64,000 nt of DNA. It comes from Planctomycetota bacterium. GTDB lineage: Bacteria > Planctomycetota > UBA1135 > UBA2386. This document shows positions 11,389 to 21,275 of this stretch, one piece after another (position 1 is the first letter of the stretch; each line of letters starts with the position of its first letter). The notes under the pieces were generated by a model that was not told where the DNA came from, ran no database searches, and saw only the letters and a program-made list of their open reading frames with translations. The position numbers and the translations under genes were made by a program. The stretch covers positions 5,568,001 through 5,632,000 of the forward strand of contig OZ245838.1 of the NCBI GenBank assembly GCA_965228735.1, written 5' to 3'.

Positions 11389-12552
11389 ATGAACCCCCTC
11401 ACGTGTTTCGCCACTTCCGCCCTCGCCATCGGTAGCTGCGCCGGCGCGCTCACGGCCCAGAGTCAGGGCATCCAGCTCACGACCGGCGTCGACGGCGGCG
11501 TCATCTACCAGTACGACGACCGATTCATTCCGAGCTCCGGCATCACGGTCGAAGCGTGGATCACGTTCGACGACGCGACGATCCCCAACACCGGTCAGTT
11601 CTACTGGCCGACGATCGCGCGCATGAACGTGACGCCCAATCAGGAGAGCTGGAACTTCCGCGTGCAGTCCGCCAACACCGGCAACCGCGCCCTCTCGTTC
11701 ATCATCCGTGCGCAGAACAACGCGCTCTACAACGCGACGTACAACTTCGCGCCGGGCGAGTTCCTGCAGTTCACCCACGTCGCGGGCACGTTCGACGGCC
11801 AGACGATCAAGATCTTCAAGGACGGCGTGCAGGTCGCCACGAGCACGATCCCGGCCGTCAGCGCGATCCTCAACAACCAGGGCGAGCTGCGCGTCGGCAA
11901 CGGCGATGCCGTCGCACCCGGCAACGAGGCGTGGAATGGCATCATTGACGAGCTGCGCATCTGGCCGATGGCCCGCGAGGCCGGCGAGATCGCGGCGGCG
12001 ATGCCGTACCAGACCTGGTTCATGCCGGGCGGCGTCCTCGAGTTCGACTACGACGGCACCTACAACGAGTTCTCGAACGGCATCGTCGGCACGGCGTTCG
12101 GCACGATCGGGTTCGCGCCCGGCAACACCAACCTCGCAATCGTCGCGCCCAACTCCGCGGTCGTCGGCATGCCGACGAGCACGTGCGCGACCACTTCGGA
12201 GATCGCGCTCGGCAGCCTGCCCGAGCTCGGCAACAACGACTTCCGGGTCTGGTCGGTGCGCGGTCCGGTGAACTCCGGGTTCGGCATCGTCGTCGCCGCG
12301 GTTGCGCCCGCGCCCGCATCGCAGCCGCCCGTCGTCGGCGTCGACCTCGCGTTCGACCTCAACGCGGTGCTCGCGCAGGTGCTGCTGATCCCGCCGACGA
12401 ACGTGCTCGGCAACAGCTTCTTCAACCTGCCGATCCCGAACAACCCGGGCCTCAGCGGTGTGACGCTGATCTTCCAGTTCGGATTCGACGACGTGCAGTG
12501 CGGCCCGCAGGGCTTCTCGGCCGGCAGCGGGCTGTCGTTCTCGTTCATGTAG
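11389..12552 (+). CDS. Secreted LamG-like jellyroll protein with conserved C-terminal module
   Basis: Start ATG 11389 with a signal peptide. ITVEAWI, HVAGTFDG..IKIFKDG and WNGIIDELRIW are LamG motifs. Confidence 0.85.
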   Translation: MNPLTCFATSALAIGSCAGALTAQSQGIQLTTGVDGGVIYQYDDRFIPSSGITVEAWITFDDATIPNTGQFYWPTIARMNVTPNQESWNFRVQSANTGNRALSFIIRAQNNALYNATYNFAPGEFLQFTHVAGTFDGQTIKIFKDGVQVATSTIPAVSAILNNQGELRVGNGDAVAPGNEAWNGIIDELRIWPMAREAGEIAAAMPYQTWFMPGGVLEFDYDGTYNEFSNGIVGTAFGTIGFAPGNTNLAIVAPNSAVVGMPTSTCATTSEIALGSLPELGNNDFRVWSVRGPVNSGFGIVVAAVAPAPASQPPVVGVDLAFDLNAVLAQVLLIPPTNVLGNSFFNLPIPNNPGLSGVTLIFQFGFDDVQCGPQGFSAGSGLSFSFM

Positions 12553-12624
12553 TCCGCGTCCGCGGGTCGATCGCGGTATCCTCGGGCGTGGCCGGGCAAG
12601 GCGCTCGGCCGAGGAGCTCGACCG

Positions 12625-13560
12625 ATGCGCACCGTTCCCGCGACCCTCGTCGCACTCGTCACGCTGGCCGCGACCGCGGTCGGCCAGTCGCCGCTCACCA
12701 CGACCTACGCGGCGAACGGCGGCGGTTCCCCGGGTGGTCAGGTCATGTTCGATCTGACCGTTTCGACGACGGTGACGCTCACGCGACTCGACGTGCACGT
12801 GAGTGACTCGGGCGGCGCTGTCGGCACGGTCGAGCTCTGGCTCACGCCCAACACTCACGTCGGCAACACGACGAGCCCTGGCCCGTGGTCGCTCGCTGGC
12901 AGCGGCACCGTCATGTCGCGCGGTTTCGGTCGGATCTCGTCGCTCGCGCTGCCGGCCGGCGTCGTGCTCACACCGGGCAGCTGCGGCGTGGCGGTGCGCT
13001 ACGTGGGCCTGTCGTTCCTGCGGACGAGCGGCAGCGCGACCTACTCGACGACCGAGCTCACGCTGACGACCGGCGGCGTGCAGAACGTGCCGTGGGGTGC
13101 GTTCTTCACCCCGCGGCAGTGGAACGGCGCGTTGCACTACGAGGTGGGCAATGTGACGGGGCCGTTCGCGCTCGCCGAGACGAACGAGTTCGGCGTCGGT
13201 TGCGACGGACTCACGCTCGCTTCGACCGGCGCGCCGCTGCTCGGTTCGGCCGTGACCCTGACGACGTCGCCCGTCACGCCGACCGCAACGATCGGAGCGA
13301 CGGTCTACGGCCTTGCGCGCTTTTCGCCCGGCAACTCGCTCGCTGCGCTCGGTGCGCCCAACTGCTTCGAGCACGTCGCCACCACGGGCGTGAAGCTCGC
13401 GTTCTCGCCGGGCGCCTCGTTCCAGGACACGCTCGCGATCCCCGCCACGCCCGGACTGCTCGGCGCGGCAGTGTGCGCGCAATCGGCAGTATTCGATCCG
13501 AGCCTGACCGCGGGCTTCGCTACGTCGAACGGCATCGAACTCGTGCTCGGCAACACCTGA
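12625..13560 (+). CDS. Secreted protein, short paralog of 540..2276
   Basis: GAGGAG RBS and signal peptide. QSPLTTTYAANGGGSPGGQVMFDLTV matches the 540..2276 N-terminus. Ends SNGIELVLGNT. Confidence 0.85.
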   Translation: MRTVPATLVALVTLAATAVGQSPLTTTYAANGGGSPGGQVMFDLTVSTTVTLTRLDVHVSDSGGAVGTVELWLTPNTHVGNTTSPGPWSLAGSGTVMSRGFGRISSLALPAGVVLTPGSCGVAVRYVGLSFLRTSGSATYSTTELTLTTGGVQNVPWGAFFTPRQWNGALHYEVGNVTGPFALAETNEFGVGCDGLTLASTGAPLLGSAVTLTTSPVTPTATIGATVYGLARFSPGNSLAALGAPNCFEHVATTGVKLAFSPGASFQDTLAIPATPGLLGAAVCAQSAVFDPSLTAGFATSNGIELVLGNT

Positions 13561-13570
13561 CCACCCCCGT

Positions 13571-16500
13571 TCAGCGTTGGCACTCGATCGTCGTGAACGT
13601 CTCGGTCGTGCCGACTTCGACTTCGGTCGTGCCGCGCTGGCCGCCGCCGTAGACCTGCACGCGGTAGCGGCCCGGGGCGAGGCCGCGCACCGTGAACTCA
13701 CCGTTCTCGAACTCGAGGTAGTCGGTCGTTCTCGCCTCGCCGAGGCTCTTCACCTGGGCGCCGCCCTCCTGCAGGCCGCGGACCTCGACGCGCAGTGAGC
13801 CCGACCCGTTCGTGAGTGGCAGGACGAAGTCGTCGATGTCGGTCGTGCCGACCTCGAGCCGGACGTTGCGGTTGCGGTCGCCGAGCGCGACGGCGAGCGA
13901 GTGCGGGCCTGCGCCGAGTTCATCGAACTCGAACGTCAGGTCCTCGCCGATCGTCGTCTTGCGGCTCGAGCCGGTGGGCAGCATCGCGTGCACGACGAGC
14001 CCCGCCGCGGCGCCGTCGCCCGTGACGCGACCGCGCAGCGTGACGCCGGGGGCGATCACGGGCGCGATCTCGAGTTCGCCGTCACCCGCGGGCACCTCGA
14101 CCGGCCCGTGCACCGCCAGCGGGTAGTCGTCGTGCCGGAAACTCAGCGAGCAGCGTCCGGCCTCGACGCCCGTGATCTCGAACCGGCCGTTGTCATCCGT
14201 GAACGCCGCGGCCTTCCGGCGCGGACTGAGGATGCGGTTGAAGCTGTGGTGCAGCATGACCGCGGCATTCGCCACCGGCGCGCCCGTTCTGTCGTCGCGC
14301 AGCGTGCCGTGCAGTCGGGTGCCGTGGAACATCCGAACGAGCAGTCGATCCGGCGCGGGGTCCACGACCGCGGAGCCCGTCATGCGCGTGCGCGCGTAGC
14401 CCGCCGCCTCGACCTCGACGAACAGCTCCTTGCCGGCCTGCATCTGCCACTGCTGGATCCGGAACGCGCCGCCCGGGTCGGTGAACTCCATCGGCCGGAG
14501 GTCCAGTCGCTGCACGTCGCTGTTGGCCGTCAGCGAGACGGTGAACGACTCGATCGGGTCACCCGTGACGCCGTCGACCACGCGACCGGCGACCGCGGGC
14601 GCGGGCTGCATCACGAGCCGGAGGCCGCGGGGTGAACCGCTCACACCCTCGAGGATCGTTCTACCGAGATCGGTTCGGTGGCCGATCACATCGCACGGCG
14701 CGAGCGGCAGGCCGTCGACCTCGAACCTGCCGTCGGGCCCGGTCGTCGCGCGCTCGCCGACGCTCGCGCGCTCGGGCGGCAGGTCACGGCGGCGGCAGCG
14801 CACCGTGACACCGGCGAGTGGTTCACCAGTCTCGTCGACGACGACCCCGGCGATCGCGCGACCGACCTGCAAGGTGATCGTGTGGTCTTTGCGGATCTCC
14901 GGTGGCGTGATCGGCGCGCGGTGGCGCACGTAACCCGGCTTCTCCACGATCACGTCGAGCGGCTTCGAGGCGAGATCCGCAAGGACCTTGCGGCCATCAG
15001 TGCCCGTGTTGCCGCGACTCAGCCAGCCGCGATGCGGTTCGGGCACGATGTGAATGCTGGCGCCGACGATCGGGTCACCGTTCGTGTCGACGACGCGGAT
15101 CGTGACATCGTGACCCGGAACGAGCGTGATCTCGACGTCGTCGTCGCCGGTCTCCGCGACCGTGGTGCCGCGTTGGAAGCCAGGCTTCGTCGCCGCGAGT
15201 TCGTGGCGCGATCCCGGACTGGCGCCGTCGAGCTCGAACGTGCCGTCCGCCGCCGTCCGCGTGCCGCGGCCGAACAGACCCGAGCCGCGGACGTTGGCAT
15301 CGACGATCGGCGCGCCGCTCTCGTCGACGACGCGACCGCGGAACGCGGCACCCGGCTCCAGCTCGATGTCGAGCTCGTGATGCGCGACACCTTCGGGCAT
15401 GAAGCTCTCGATGAGCCGCTGGCGGTAGCCGCTGGCGGTGACGAGCAGCGGATAGCCGTCGCTCGGCGCGCGCAGCTGATAGCGACCGTCCGTATCGGAC
15501 TCGGCCAGCGTCGCGGGGAAGCCGTTGATCGTGAGTTGCGCCCCCGTAACGGGCTGCTTGTCCTTGTCGAGCACGCGGCCTGCGAGCGTGCGGTCGAGTG
15601 GCAGGATCCGAACGGCCAGCCCGACCTCGAGCTGACCCGCATCGAGCACCGCTGGGTCACACCACACGACCGCGTTCTGCTCGGCGGCGACCGCGCGCAC
15701 CGTCGCTGCCGCAGCGCGAGGTTCGCCCGCCCACTCGAAGCGACCGTCGGCGTCGCTCACGAGACGATGGGTCGACGTCGGTTCGGCGGACGTATCCGGG
15801 CCTTCGAACCACTCGAGCATGATCGGAAACTCCGGCACCGGGGTGCCGTCGTGGGTGACGCTGCCGCGGACGGCGAGCGCGCCGGCCTGCGCTTCGACGC
15901 GCTCGACCGGGTCGGCTGCGTTCGCCGTCGCCTCGGGTTTCGAAGTGACCGTGGCCGAGGCGGGGCCGCCGCGGTCGATCGCCGCCATCGCAGCGCCCGG
16001 GTTCGCACCGTTTGGCGCGCCCGGCGTCGGCGTCGGCTCGGGGTCGTGCGTCAGCACGAGGATGGTGGCGATGGCCGCGAGTGCGCACCCGCCGGCGATC
16101 AGACTCGTCTTCAGCTTGGTCATGAGCAACGCTCCGGTTGTGGCCGTGGCCGCAGTCGGGGTCGAGGTGGCCGCTGCTGCCGCCACGGGCGCGAGCAGTT
16201 CGGTCGGATGCCCGCCGACGAACGGCAGCAGCGCGAGCTGCCAGCCGCGGCGGTCGCCGTAGTCTTCGTCGAGGCGCTGGCGCAGCATCGCGATGCCGCG
16301 ATGCAGCCGCGAGCGCACCGTCGCGGCTGGCAGGCCGAGCCGCTGTGCGATCGCGGCGAGCGGCAGCTCGTCCCAGAACCGCAGCAGCACCGTGCCGCGG
16401 TACGGTTCGGGGAGTGCCAGCACGGCGCGCACGACGCGGCCGCGGTCCTCTTCGCGCTGCAGCACCTCGCTCGGGGACGGCGCGGCGCCGGTCGCGGGCC

Positions 16501-16753
16501 GGTCGTTCTCCTGGCTTCGGGCTTCGCGCCGGCGGCGCCGCAGGTGATCGAACGTCAGGTTGCGCGCGACCGTGGCGAGCCAGGGTCGCAAACGTCCCGG
16601 ATCGCGCGGCCCGCTCTCCCAGGCGCGCACGAGCGTCTGCTGCACGAGATCGTCCTCGCTCGCGTCGCCGCGCAGCAATGACCGCACGATGCCGCGCACG
16701 AACGCGCCGTGGGCGAGCATCGTCTCGGGGCGTGGCGGGGGCGTGGTCGACAT
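13571..16753 (-). CDS. ECF sigma factor fused via a TM helix to tandem carboxypeptidase-regulatory-like (beta-sandwich) domains
   Basis: Start ATG 16753. Sigma2 (DDLVQQT, WLATVARN) and sigma4 (LPEPYR..VLLRF, IA..LG...ATVRSRLHRG), then a TM segment, a Pro/Ala linker and repeated GRVVD..G.P...A.V / T..DG.F units. Confidence 0.85.
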   Translation of the reverse strand: MSTTPPPRPETMLAHGAFVRGIVRSLLRGDASEDDLVQQTLVRAWESGPRDPGRLRPWLATVARNLTFDHLRRRRREARSQENDRPATGAAPSPSEVLQREEDRGRVVRAVLALPEPYRGTVLLRFWDELPLAAIAQRLGLPAATVRSRLHRGIAMLRQRLDEDYGDRRGWQLALLPFVGGHPTELLAPVAAAAATSTPTAATATTGALLMTKLKTSLIAGGCALAAIATILVLTHDPEPTPTPGAPNGANPGAAMAAIDRGGPASATVTSKPEATANAADPVERVEAQAGALAVRGSVTHDGTPVPEFPIMLEWFEGPDTSAEPTSTHRLVSDADGRFEWAGEPRAAAATVRAVAAEQNAVVWCDPAVLDAGQLEVGLAVRILPLDRTLAGRVLDKDKQPVTGAQLTINGFPATLAESDTDGRYQLRAPSDGYPLLVTASGYRQRLIESFMPEGVAHHELDIELEPGAAFRGRVVDESGAPIVDANVRGSGLFGRGTRTAADGTFELDGASPGSRHELAATKPGFQRGTTVAETGDDDVEITLVPGHDVTIRVVDTNGDPIVGASIHIVPEPHRGWLSRGNTGTDGRKVLADLASKPLDVIVEKPGYVRHRAPITPPEIRKDHTITLQVGRAIAGVVVDETGEPLAGVTVRCRRRDLPPERASVGERATTGPDGRFEVDGLPLAPCDVIGHRTDLGRTILEGVSGSPRGLRLVMQPAPAVAGRVVDGVTGDPIESFTVSLTANSDVQRLDLRPMEFTDPGGAFRIQQWQMQAGKELFVEVEAAGYARTRMTGSAVVDPAPDRLLVRMFHGTRLHGTLRDDRTGAPVANAAVMLHHSFNRILSPRRKAAAFTDDNGRFEITGVEAGRCSLSFRHDDYPLAVHGPVEVPAGDGELEIAPVIAPGVTLRGRVTGDGAAAGLVVHAMLPTGSSRKTTIGEDLTFEFDELGAGPHSLAVALGDRNRNVRLEVGTTDIDDFVLPLTNGSGSLRVEVRGLQEGGAQVKSLGEARTTDYLEFENGEFTVRGLAPGRYRVQVYGGGQRGTTEVEVGTTETFTTIECQR

Positions 16754-16818
16754 GACGGCGGGTCCATCATGCCCGACGTCAGCGGTCGCGAGAGCGTTGC
16801 CGAAAATCCGCCGCCGCC

Positions 16819-17658
16819 CTACTGCTTCGCCCGGACCGCATCCACGAACGCGGTGAGGCACGCGCGCAGGACCGGCCGCAGCGTCGCCGCGAGATCCTCG
16901 CGCCAGACGAACGGCGGCCCCTCCTCCATGTAGATCCGCTGGCTCATCTCGAGCTGCAGCGCGTGGACGCCGTTCTCCGGCTCGCCGAACGACCGCGTGA
17001 TGTAGCCGCCCTTGAACGGCGCGTTGGGCTGGAACGAGTACTCGCTCGCGCGCTGCACCTCGAGCACCTTCGCCGTGGCGGCCGGAGCGGCCGACTTGCC
17101 CTCGACGTCGCCGAGCATCAGCGCCGGCAGCTCACCCTCGAAGAACCGCGGCACGACGCTCGGGATGCTGTGCGCGTCCCACAGGCACGCGAACCCGAAG
17201 CGTTCACGCAGGGCGTCGAGCTCCCTGCGCAGGGCGTCGTGGTAGGGGCGCCAGTATCGCGACGTGCGGTCTCGAATCTCGCCTCTGTCGGGCTCGTCAC
17301 CGGACCGGTAGATCGACTCGTTGCCGAACGTCGACGTCGGCACGAGGCCGGTCTCGTTGCGCCCCGGATAGAGCGGCTGGCCGTCGGCCGGCCGGTTGAG
17401 GTCCACGACGTAGCGCGAGTAGCGCGCGTAGATCGTGCGCGCACCGAGCTGCGGGACGAAGTCGTAGAGCCGGTGCTGATGCCAGTCGGTGTCCGGCAGT
17501 TCTGCGACGGTCGGGCTCGCGAACCGCGCCGCGATGTCCGCGGGAACGTCGGTGCCCGTGTGCGGGATGCTGACGAGCAGCGGGATCGCCGCGGCTTCGG
17601 GTTCGCGCACGTAGAACGGCGCGTTGCCCGACGTCTCGGGGTCGTGTGATTCAGACAT
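16819..17658 (-). CDS. hutG: N-formylglutamate deformylase/amidohydrolase
   Basis: PLLVSIPHTG, DTDWH, SRYVVDLNRP, YWRPYH, WDAHSI, PFKGGYITR, HALQLEM. Overlaps the hutF stop. Confidence 0.92.
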   Translation of the reverse strand: MSESHDPETSGNAPFYVREPEAAAIPLLVSIPHTGTDVPADIAARFASPTVAELPDTDWHQHRLYDFVPQLGARTIYARYSRYVVDLNRPADGQPLYPGRNETGLVPTSTFGNESIYRSGDEPDRGEIRDRTSRYWRPYHDALRRELDALRERFGFACLWDAHSIPSVVPRFFEGELPALMLGDVEGKSAAPAATAKVLEVQRASEYSFQPNAPFKGGYITRSFGEPENGVHALQLEMSQRIYMEEGPPFVWREDLAATLRPVLRACLTAFVDAVRAKQ

Positions 17659-19045
17659 GCGGGCTCTCCCAGAGCTGGCCCATGGCGTGGCGGAACTCCG
17701 CGAGCAGGCGGGCGCGATCTCGGTGGACGCCGCCGCGAACCTGCCACACGCCGCCGACCATGACGTCGCGAACGGCCGACTTGCCGGCGCTGAACACGAA
17801 CGCGTCGAGCGCGAGATCGGTCGTCATGCCCGTGAGTCGTTCGTGCTCGGTGTCGAGCACGACGAGATCGGCCGCGAGCCCCGGCGCGAGCACGCCCGTC
17901 GCCTGATCGAGCGCGCTCGCACCGCCGGCCGCGCAGCGCTCCCAGAGTCGCCGGCCGAGGTGCGGGATCGAGGGCGTGGTCAACACCGCGCGGCGCTGCC
18001 GCAGCAGGCGGTGCTCGTACTCGGCCCAACGCAGCTCCGCGCAGGGATCGATCTCGATCTGGCTGTCGCTGCCGATCGCGAGCGCGCCGTCCTTCGCCAG
18101 GTACTCGGGCAGCGGGAAGTGACCGTCCCCGAGGTTGGCCTCGGTCGTCGTGCACAGACCGACGGTCGCGCCGCTCGCGGCCAGCGCGGTCACCTCATCG
18201 GGCTCGACGTGCGTGGCGTGGACGAGGCACCACTGCGAATCGACGCGCACGTGGTCGAGCAGCCACCGCACCGGCCGGGCGCCGAGGTGTTCGATACAGG
18301 CCTCGACCTCCGCGGCCTGTTCGGCGACGTGCATGTGGATCGGCGCCGCCTTGTCGACGGCGCGGACGCGCGCGACGACCGCTTCGAGGTCATCGGCCGC
18401 GACGGCCCGCAGACTGTGCGGCGCGATGCCGACGCGGCGGAGGTGCGGGCCGCGTTCGCGCGCGACGCGGCGAACGAGTTCGAAGTAGGCGTCGGCGTCG
18501 TCGTGCACGAAGCGCAGCTGCTGCGATTCCGGAGGCCGACCGAACCCGCCGCGCGAATACAGCACCGGCAGGCACGTCATCGCGATGCCCGCGTCGTCTG
18601 CCGCGGCGACGGTCTGCAGCGCGAGCTCGGCCGGCTCGTCGTAGCGCGTGCCGTCGGGCTGGTGGTGCAGGTAATGGAACTCGCCGACGCTCGTCATCCC
18701 CGCCTCGAGCATCTCGACGTAGCACCACGTCGCGATGGCGCGCAGCTGCTCGGGCGTGACGCGCAGCGCACACGAATACATCGCCTGCCGCCAGCTCCAG
18801 AACGAGTCGTCGTCGCGGCCGCCGCGGAACTCGGTTCGCCCAGCGATCGCGCGCTGGAAGGCATGACTGTGCACGTTCGGCATGCCCGGGATCGCGATCC
18901 CGCCGATGTTCGTCGTCGCGATCCCCGCGCCCGGTGAAGTCGCGACGTCGCGAATCACGCCGTGCTCGTCCACCTGCACGTAGCCGGGGCTGAGCCAGCC
19001 CGCGGGCCCGAGCAGCGCGTCGAAGGCGTAACACTGATCGACCAC
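17651..19045 (-). CDS. hutF: Formimidoylglutamate deiminase
   Basis: PGMPNVHSHAFQRA, DSFWSWR..MY, EFHYLHH, APHSLRAV, HMHVAEQ, TTEANLGDG, IGSDS. GTG start at 19045 inferred from a TATGTG-type -10 (TATGGT) 6 nt upstream. Confidence 0.92.
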   Translation of the reverse strand: MVDQCYAFDALLGPAGWLSPGYVQVDEHGVIRDVATSPGAGIATTNIGGIAIPGMPNVHSHAFQRAIAGRTEFRGGRDDDSFWSWRQAMYSCALRVTPEQLRAIATWCYVEMLEAGMTSVGEFHYLHHQPDGTRYDEPAELALQTVAAADDAGIAMTCLPVLYSRGGFGRPPESQQLRFVHDDADAYFELVRRVARERGPHLRRVGIAPHSLRAVAADDLEAVVARVRAVDKAAPIHMHVAEQAAEVEACIEHLGARPVRWLLDHVRVDSQWCLVHATHVEPDEVTALAASGATVGLCTTTEANLGDGHFPLPEYLAKDGALAIGSDSQIEIDPCAELRWAEYEHRLLRQRRAVLTTPSIPHLGRRLWERCAAGGASALDQATGVLAPGLAADLVVLDTEHERLTGMTTDLALDAFVFSAGKSAVRDVMVGGVWQVRGGVHRDRARLLAEFRHAMGQLWESPHV

Positions 19046-19136
19046 GCCTGGACCATAGGCGGGGCGGACCTGGAGTGCACCGATTCTGCTACCTGGTCGG
19101 GTGCCCCCGCCCGCAGGCTCGTTCCCGGAAAGATCC

Positions 19137-19545
19137 ATGCTGCAGAGAACGTTCACTCGCGTGATCTTGGTCGGTGTCGCGTCGTTGGCCGCCGGTGTCG
19201 CCGTTGGGCGTAGAGCGACTGGGCGCAGAGCGACTGGGCGCAGAGCGACTGGGCGCGCGCACCCAACTTCCAGCCCACTTCGCCGCGCATCGCGTACGAC
19301 TCGGCCGGTCGTTCGGTCTGCAGAAGACGCCGCTCGGCGGTGGCTGCGATCAGTTGCTCGGCGGAACGATCGCGACGCAGTTCTTCTTCACCAACGCGGT
19401 CGGTCAGGCGCGCTCGTCGGTCGCGTTGCCGGCGCTGCCCGGACTTCGCGGCGTGATGATCCACGGGCAGGGCGCGGTGCTCGATCCGGCGTCGCCGATC
19501 GGCGTTGCGGTCACGGGCGCGATCACGCTCGTCGTCGGCGACTGA
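19137..19545 (+). pseudogene. Internally deleted, frameshifted remnant of a secreted (Kelch-like) protein with the conserved C-terminal module
   Basis: Three pieces in three frames: signal peptide MLQRTFTRVILVGVASLAAGVA; mature start AQSDWARAPNFQPTSPRIAYDSAGR; C-terminal module ...LPALPGLRGVMIHGQGAVLDPASPIGVAVTGAITLVVGD*. Confidence 0.6.
19205..19256 (+). repeat. 15-bp tandem repeat, about 3.4 copies (TGGGCG[T/C]AGAGCGAC)
   Basis: Directly visible; copies start at 19205, 19220 and 19235, with a partial copy at 19250. Confidence 0.9.
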
Positions 19546-19561
19546 CCCGACGGCGCGCCCG

Positions 19562-21091
19562 CTACGCGCCGTCGACCTTGGCCTTCACCGTGCGGCGGTC
19601 GAGCCGCAGGCGCCGTGCTGCGGCCGTGAGGCTGCCGGCGTCGCGGTAGACCAGTTCGCAGTAGCGGCGCAGCAGCTCGTCGGCCGTGAGGTTGCCGCCG
19701 CGCAGGGCGTCGCCGAGGTGGCTCCAGCCGTCGCCGTCCGCACCGGCGGCGCCGCTTCGCGTGGCGGGGTGATACTCGCCGCGGATCATCACGTTGCGCA
19801 CGCACTGTTCGAGCTCGCGGACGTTCCCCGGCCAGCGGTAGTCGCGCCCGAGGTTGCCGTCGATCCAGTCCTCGACCTCGGACGCGAGGCAATCGGCGTC
19901 GTCACCGACGAGACGGCGGGCGAGGAAGCGCAGCAGCACGGCGCGTTCGCCGTCGTCGTCGAGGAAGCGCTCGTGCAGCGACGGCGTCGTGATCGTGTCG
20001 GCGCAGAGGCGGTAGTAGAGGTCCGTGCGAAACCGGCCGCTCGCCATCTCGGCCGCGAGGTCGCGGTTGGTCGCGGCGACGAGCTTGCCGTGGAAGCGCC
20101 GGTCCTCGGTCTCGCCGACGCGATTGAACGTGCGCTCCTCGAGCACGCGCAGCAGCTTGACCTGGATCGCGGGGTCGATCTCGCCGATCTCGTCGAGGAA
20201 CACGCAGCCGCAGGGCGGGCACGTCTCGAGCCAGCCCTTGCGGTCGCTGACCGCGCCCGTGAACGCGCCGCGCTTGTGGCCGAACAGCTCGGCCTCGACG
20301 AGCTGCGGCCCGAGCGCCGACAGGTTGAGCGCGTGCAACGACGCGTCGCCATCGCCGCCTCCGGCGAGGCGTCCCGTGCGCGGATCGAACGGCACGAAAC
20401 GCGACAGTCCGATCGCGCGCGCGACGAGCTCCTTGCCCGTGCCCGACGGGCCCGTGATCAGCGTCGCGTGATCGCCCATGCGCTCGAACAGCACGTGGCG
20501 ATAGCGCCGCAGGTCGTGCGTGAAGATCGACTGCCAGACCTGACCGCGCAGTCGAACCGCGGGACGCGACGTGCCGATGATGCAGTCGAACACGCGGTGG
20601 AATGCGCGGCAGATCTGCACGAAGAACGCGAACACCTGCGCGAGTTCCGCGGTCTTCGGCGCCGGCTGCAGCACGCCGACGAAGTGGCGGGCGCGCGCCG
20701 AGAACTCGCGCCACTCGGGGCCGAGGTCGTGCGCGCCGTTCTGCGCGAGTTCGACGGCGAGCTGGTCGAGCTGGGGGCGGCGTTCGTAGTAGAGGCCGAG
20801 CAGGACGATGTCCTCGTAGAGCGCGAGCTCGGTCGCGGTCGCGTCGTGACCGTCGACGAGCTGCGCGCGCGCCGCCTCGGCGACCGCGATGCTCACGACC
20901 GCGAGGCGCTCGATGTTGGGCAGCGGCGTCTGCCAGTCCGCGTGCACGTTCCAGTCGGCCGTCGCTTCGTCGAAGCCTTTGCCGAGCACCGCGCGCTCGT
21001 GATCGATCCGCTCGCTGAGGAACGGGTTGCAGTAGACCAGCTGCGAGAGTCGGCGGGCACGCGGCAGGGCCTCCGGGTCGAACAGCGGCAT
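19562..21091 (-). CDS. Sigma54-dependent enhancer-binding protein with unrecognised N-terminal domain
   Basis: Walker A GPSGTGKE, EAELFGHKRGAFTGA, FLDEIGE, RTDLYYRL, WPGNVRELEQ and a C-terminal HTH (LTAAARRLRLDRRTV). Confidence 0.92.
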   Translation of the reverse strand: MPLFDPEALPRARRLSQLVYCNPFLSERIDHERAVLGKGFDEATADWNVHADWQTPLPNIERLAVVSIAVAEAARAQLVDGHDATATELALYEDIVLLGLYYERRPQLDQLAVELAQNGAHDLGPEWREFSARARHFVGVLQPAPKTAELAQVFAFFVQICRAFHRVFDCIIGTSRPAVRLRGQVWQSIFTHDLRRYRHVLFERMGDHATLITGPSGTGKELVARAIGLSRFVPFDPRTGRLAGGGDGDASLHALNLSALGPQLVEAELFGHKRGAFTGAVSDRKGWLETCPPCGCVFLDEIGEIDPAIQVKLLRVLEERTFNRVGETEDRRFHGKLVAATNRDLAAEMASGRFRTDLYYRLCADTITTPSLHERFLDDDGERAVLLRFLARRLVGDDADCLASEVEDWIDGNLGRDYRWPGNVRELEQCVRNVMIRGEYHPATRSGAAGADGDGWSHLGDALRGGNLTADELLRRYCELVYRDAGSLTAAARRLRLDRRTVKAKVDGA

Positions 21092-21170
21092 GGTCAGGAA
21101 CTGTACGAGGTGAGCGCATTCTGTGCTCGCGCGCGTTCCCGTGGCGATGTCAGAAGATTCTTAAAGCGCG

Positions 21171-21190
21171 TCCGTCAAATGGTTTACGGA
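21171..21190. promoter_or_regulatory. Imperfect palindrome TCCGTnAA-N4-TTnACGGA, candidate regulator-binding site
   Basis: TCCGTCAAATGGTTTACGGA has 14 of 20 positions self-complementary. It lies in the AT-richer divergent intergenic region. Confidence 0.4.
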
Positions 21191-21202
21191 TTCTGCATCC
21201 GC

Positions 21203-21218
21203 CGGCACACGGCTTGGA
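21203..21218 (+). promoter_or_regulatory. Putative sigma54 -24/-12 promoter of the VIT-rhombosortase operon
   Basis: CGGCACACGGCTTGGA versus consensus TGGCAC-N5-TTGC; the -12 is GG instead of GC. It is adjacent to a divergent sigma54 activator. Confidence 0.5.
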
Positions 21219-21275
21219 AAGGGAAGTCCGCGCAGGACTCGCCTGCGCAGAAGTAGCCAAGTCCAAGGAGACCAC

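Noticed and set aside
19205..19256. Short direct repeats as a CRISPR array
   Set aside because: The units are contiguous 15-mers with no spacers and there are no cas genes; it is a tandem duplication inside a gene remnant.
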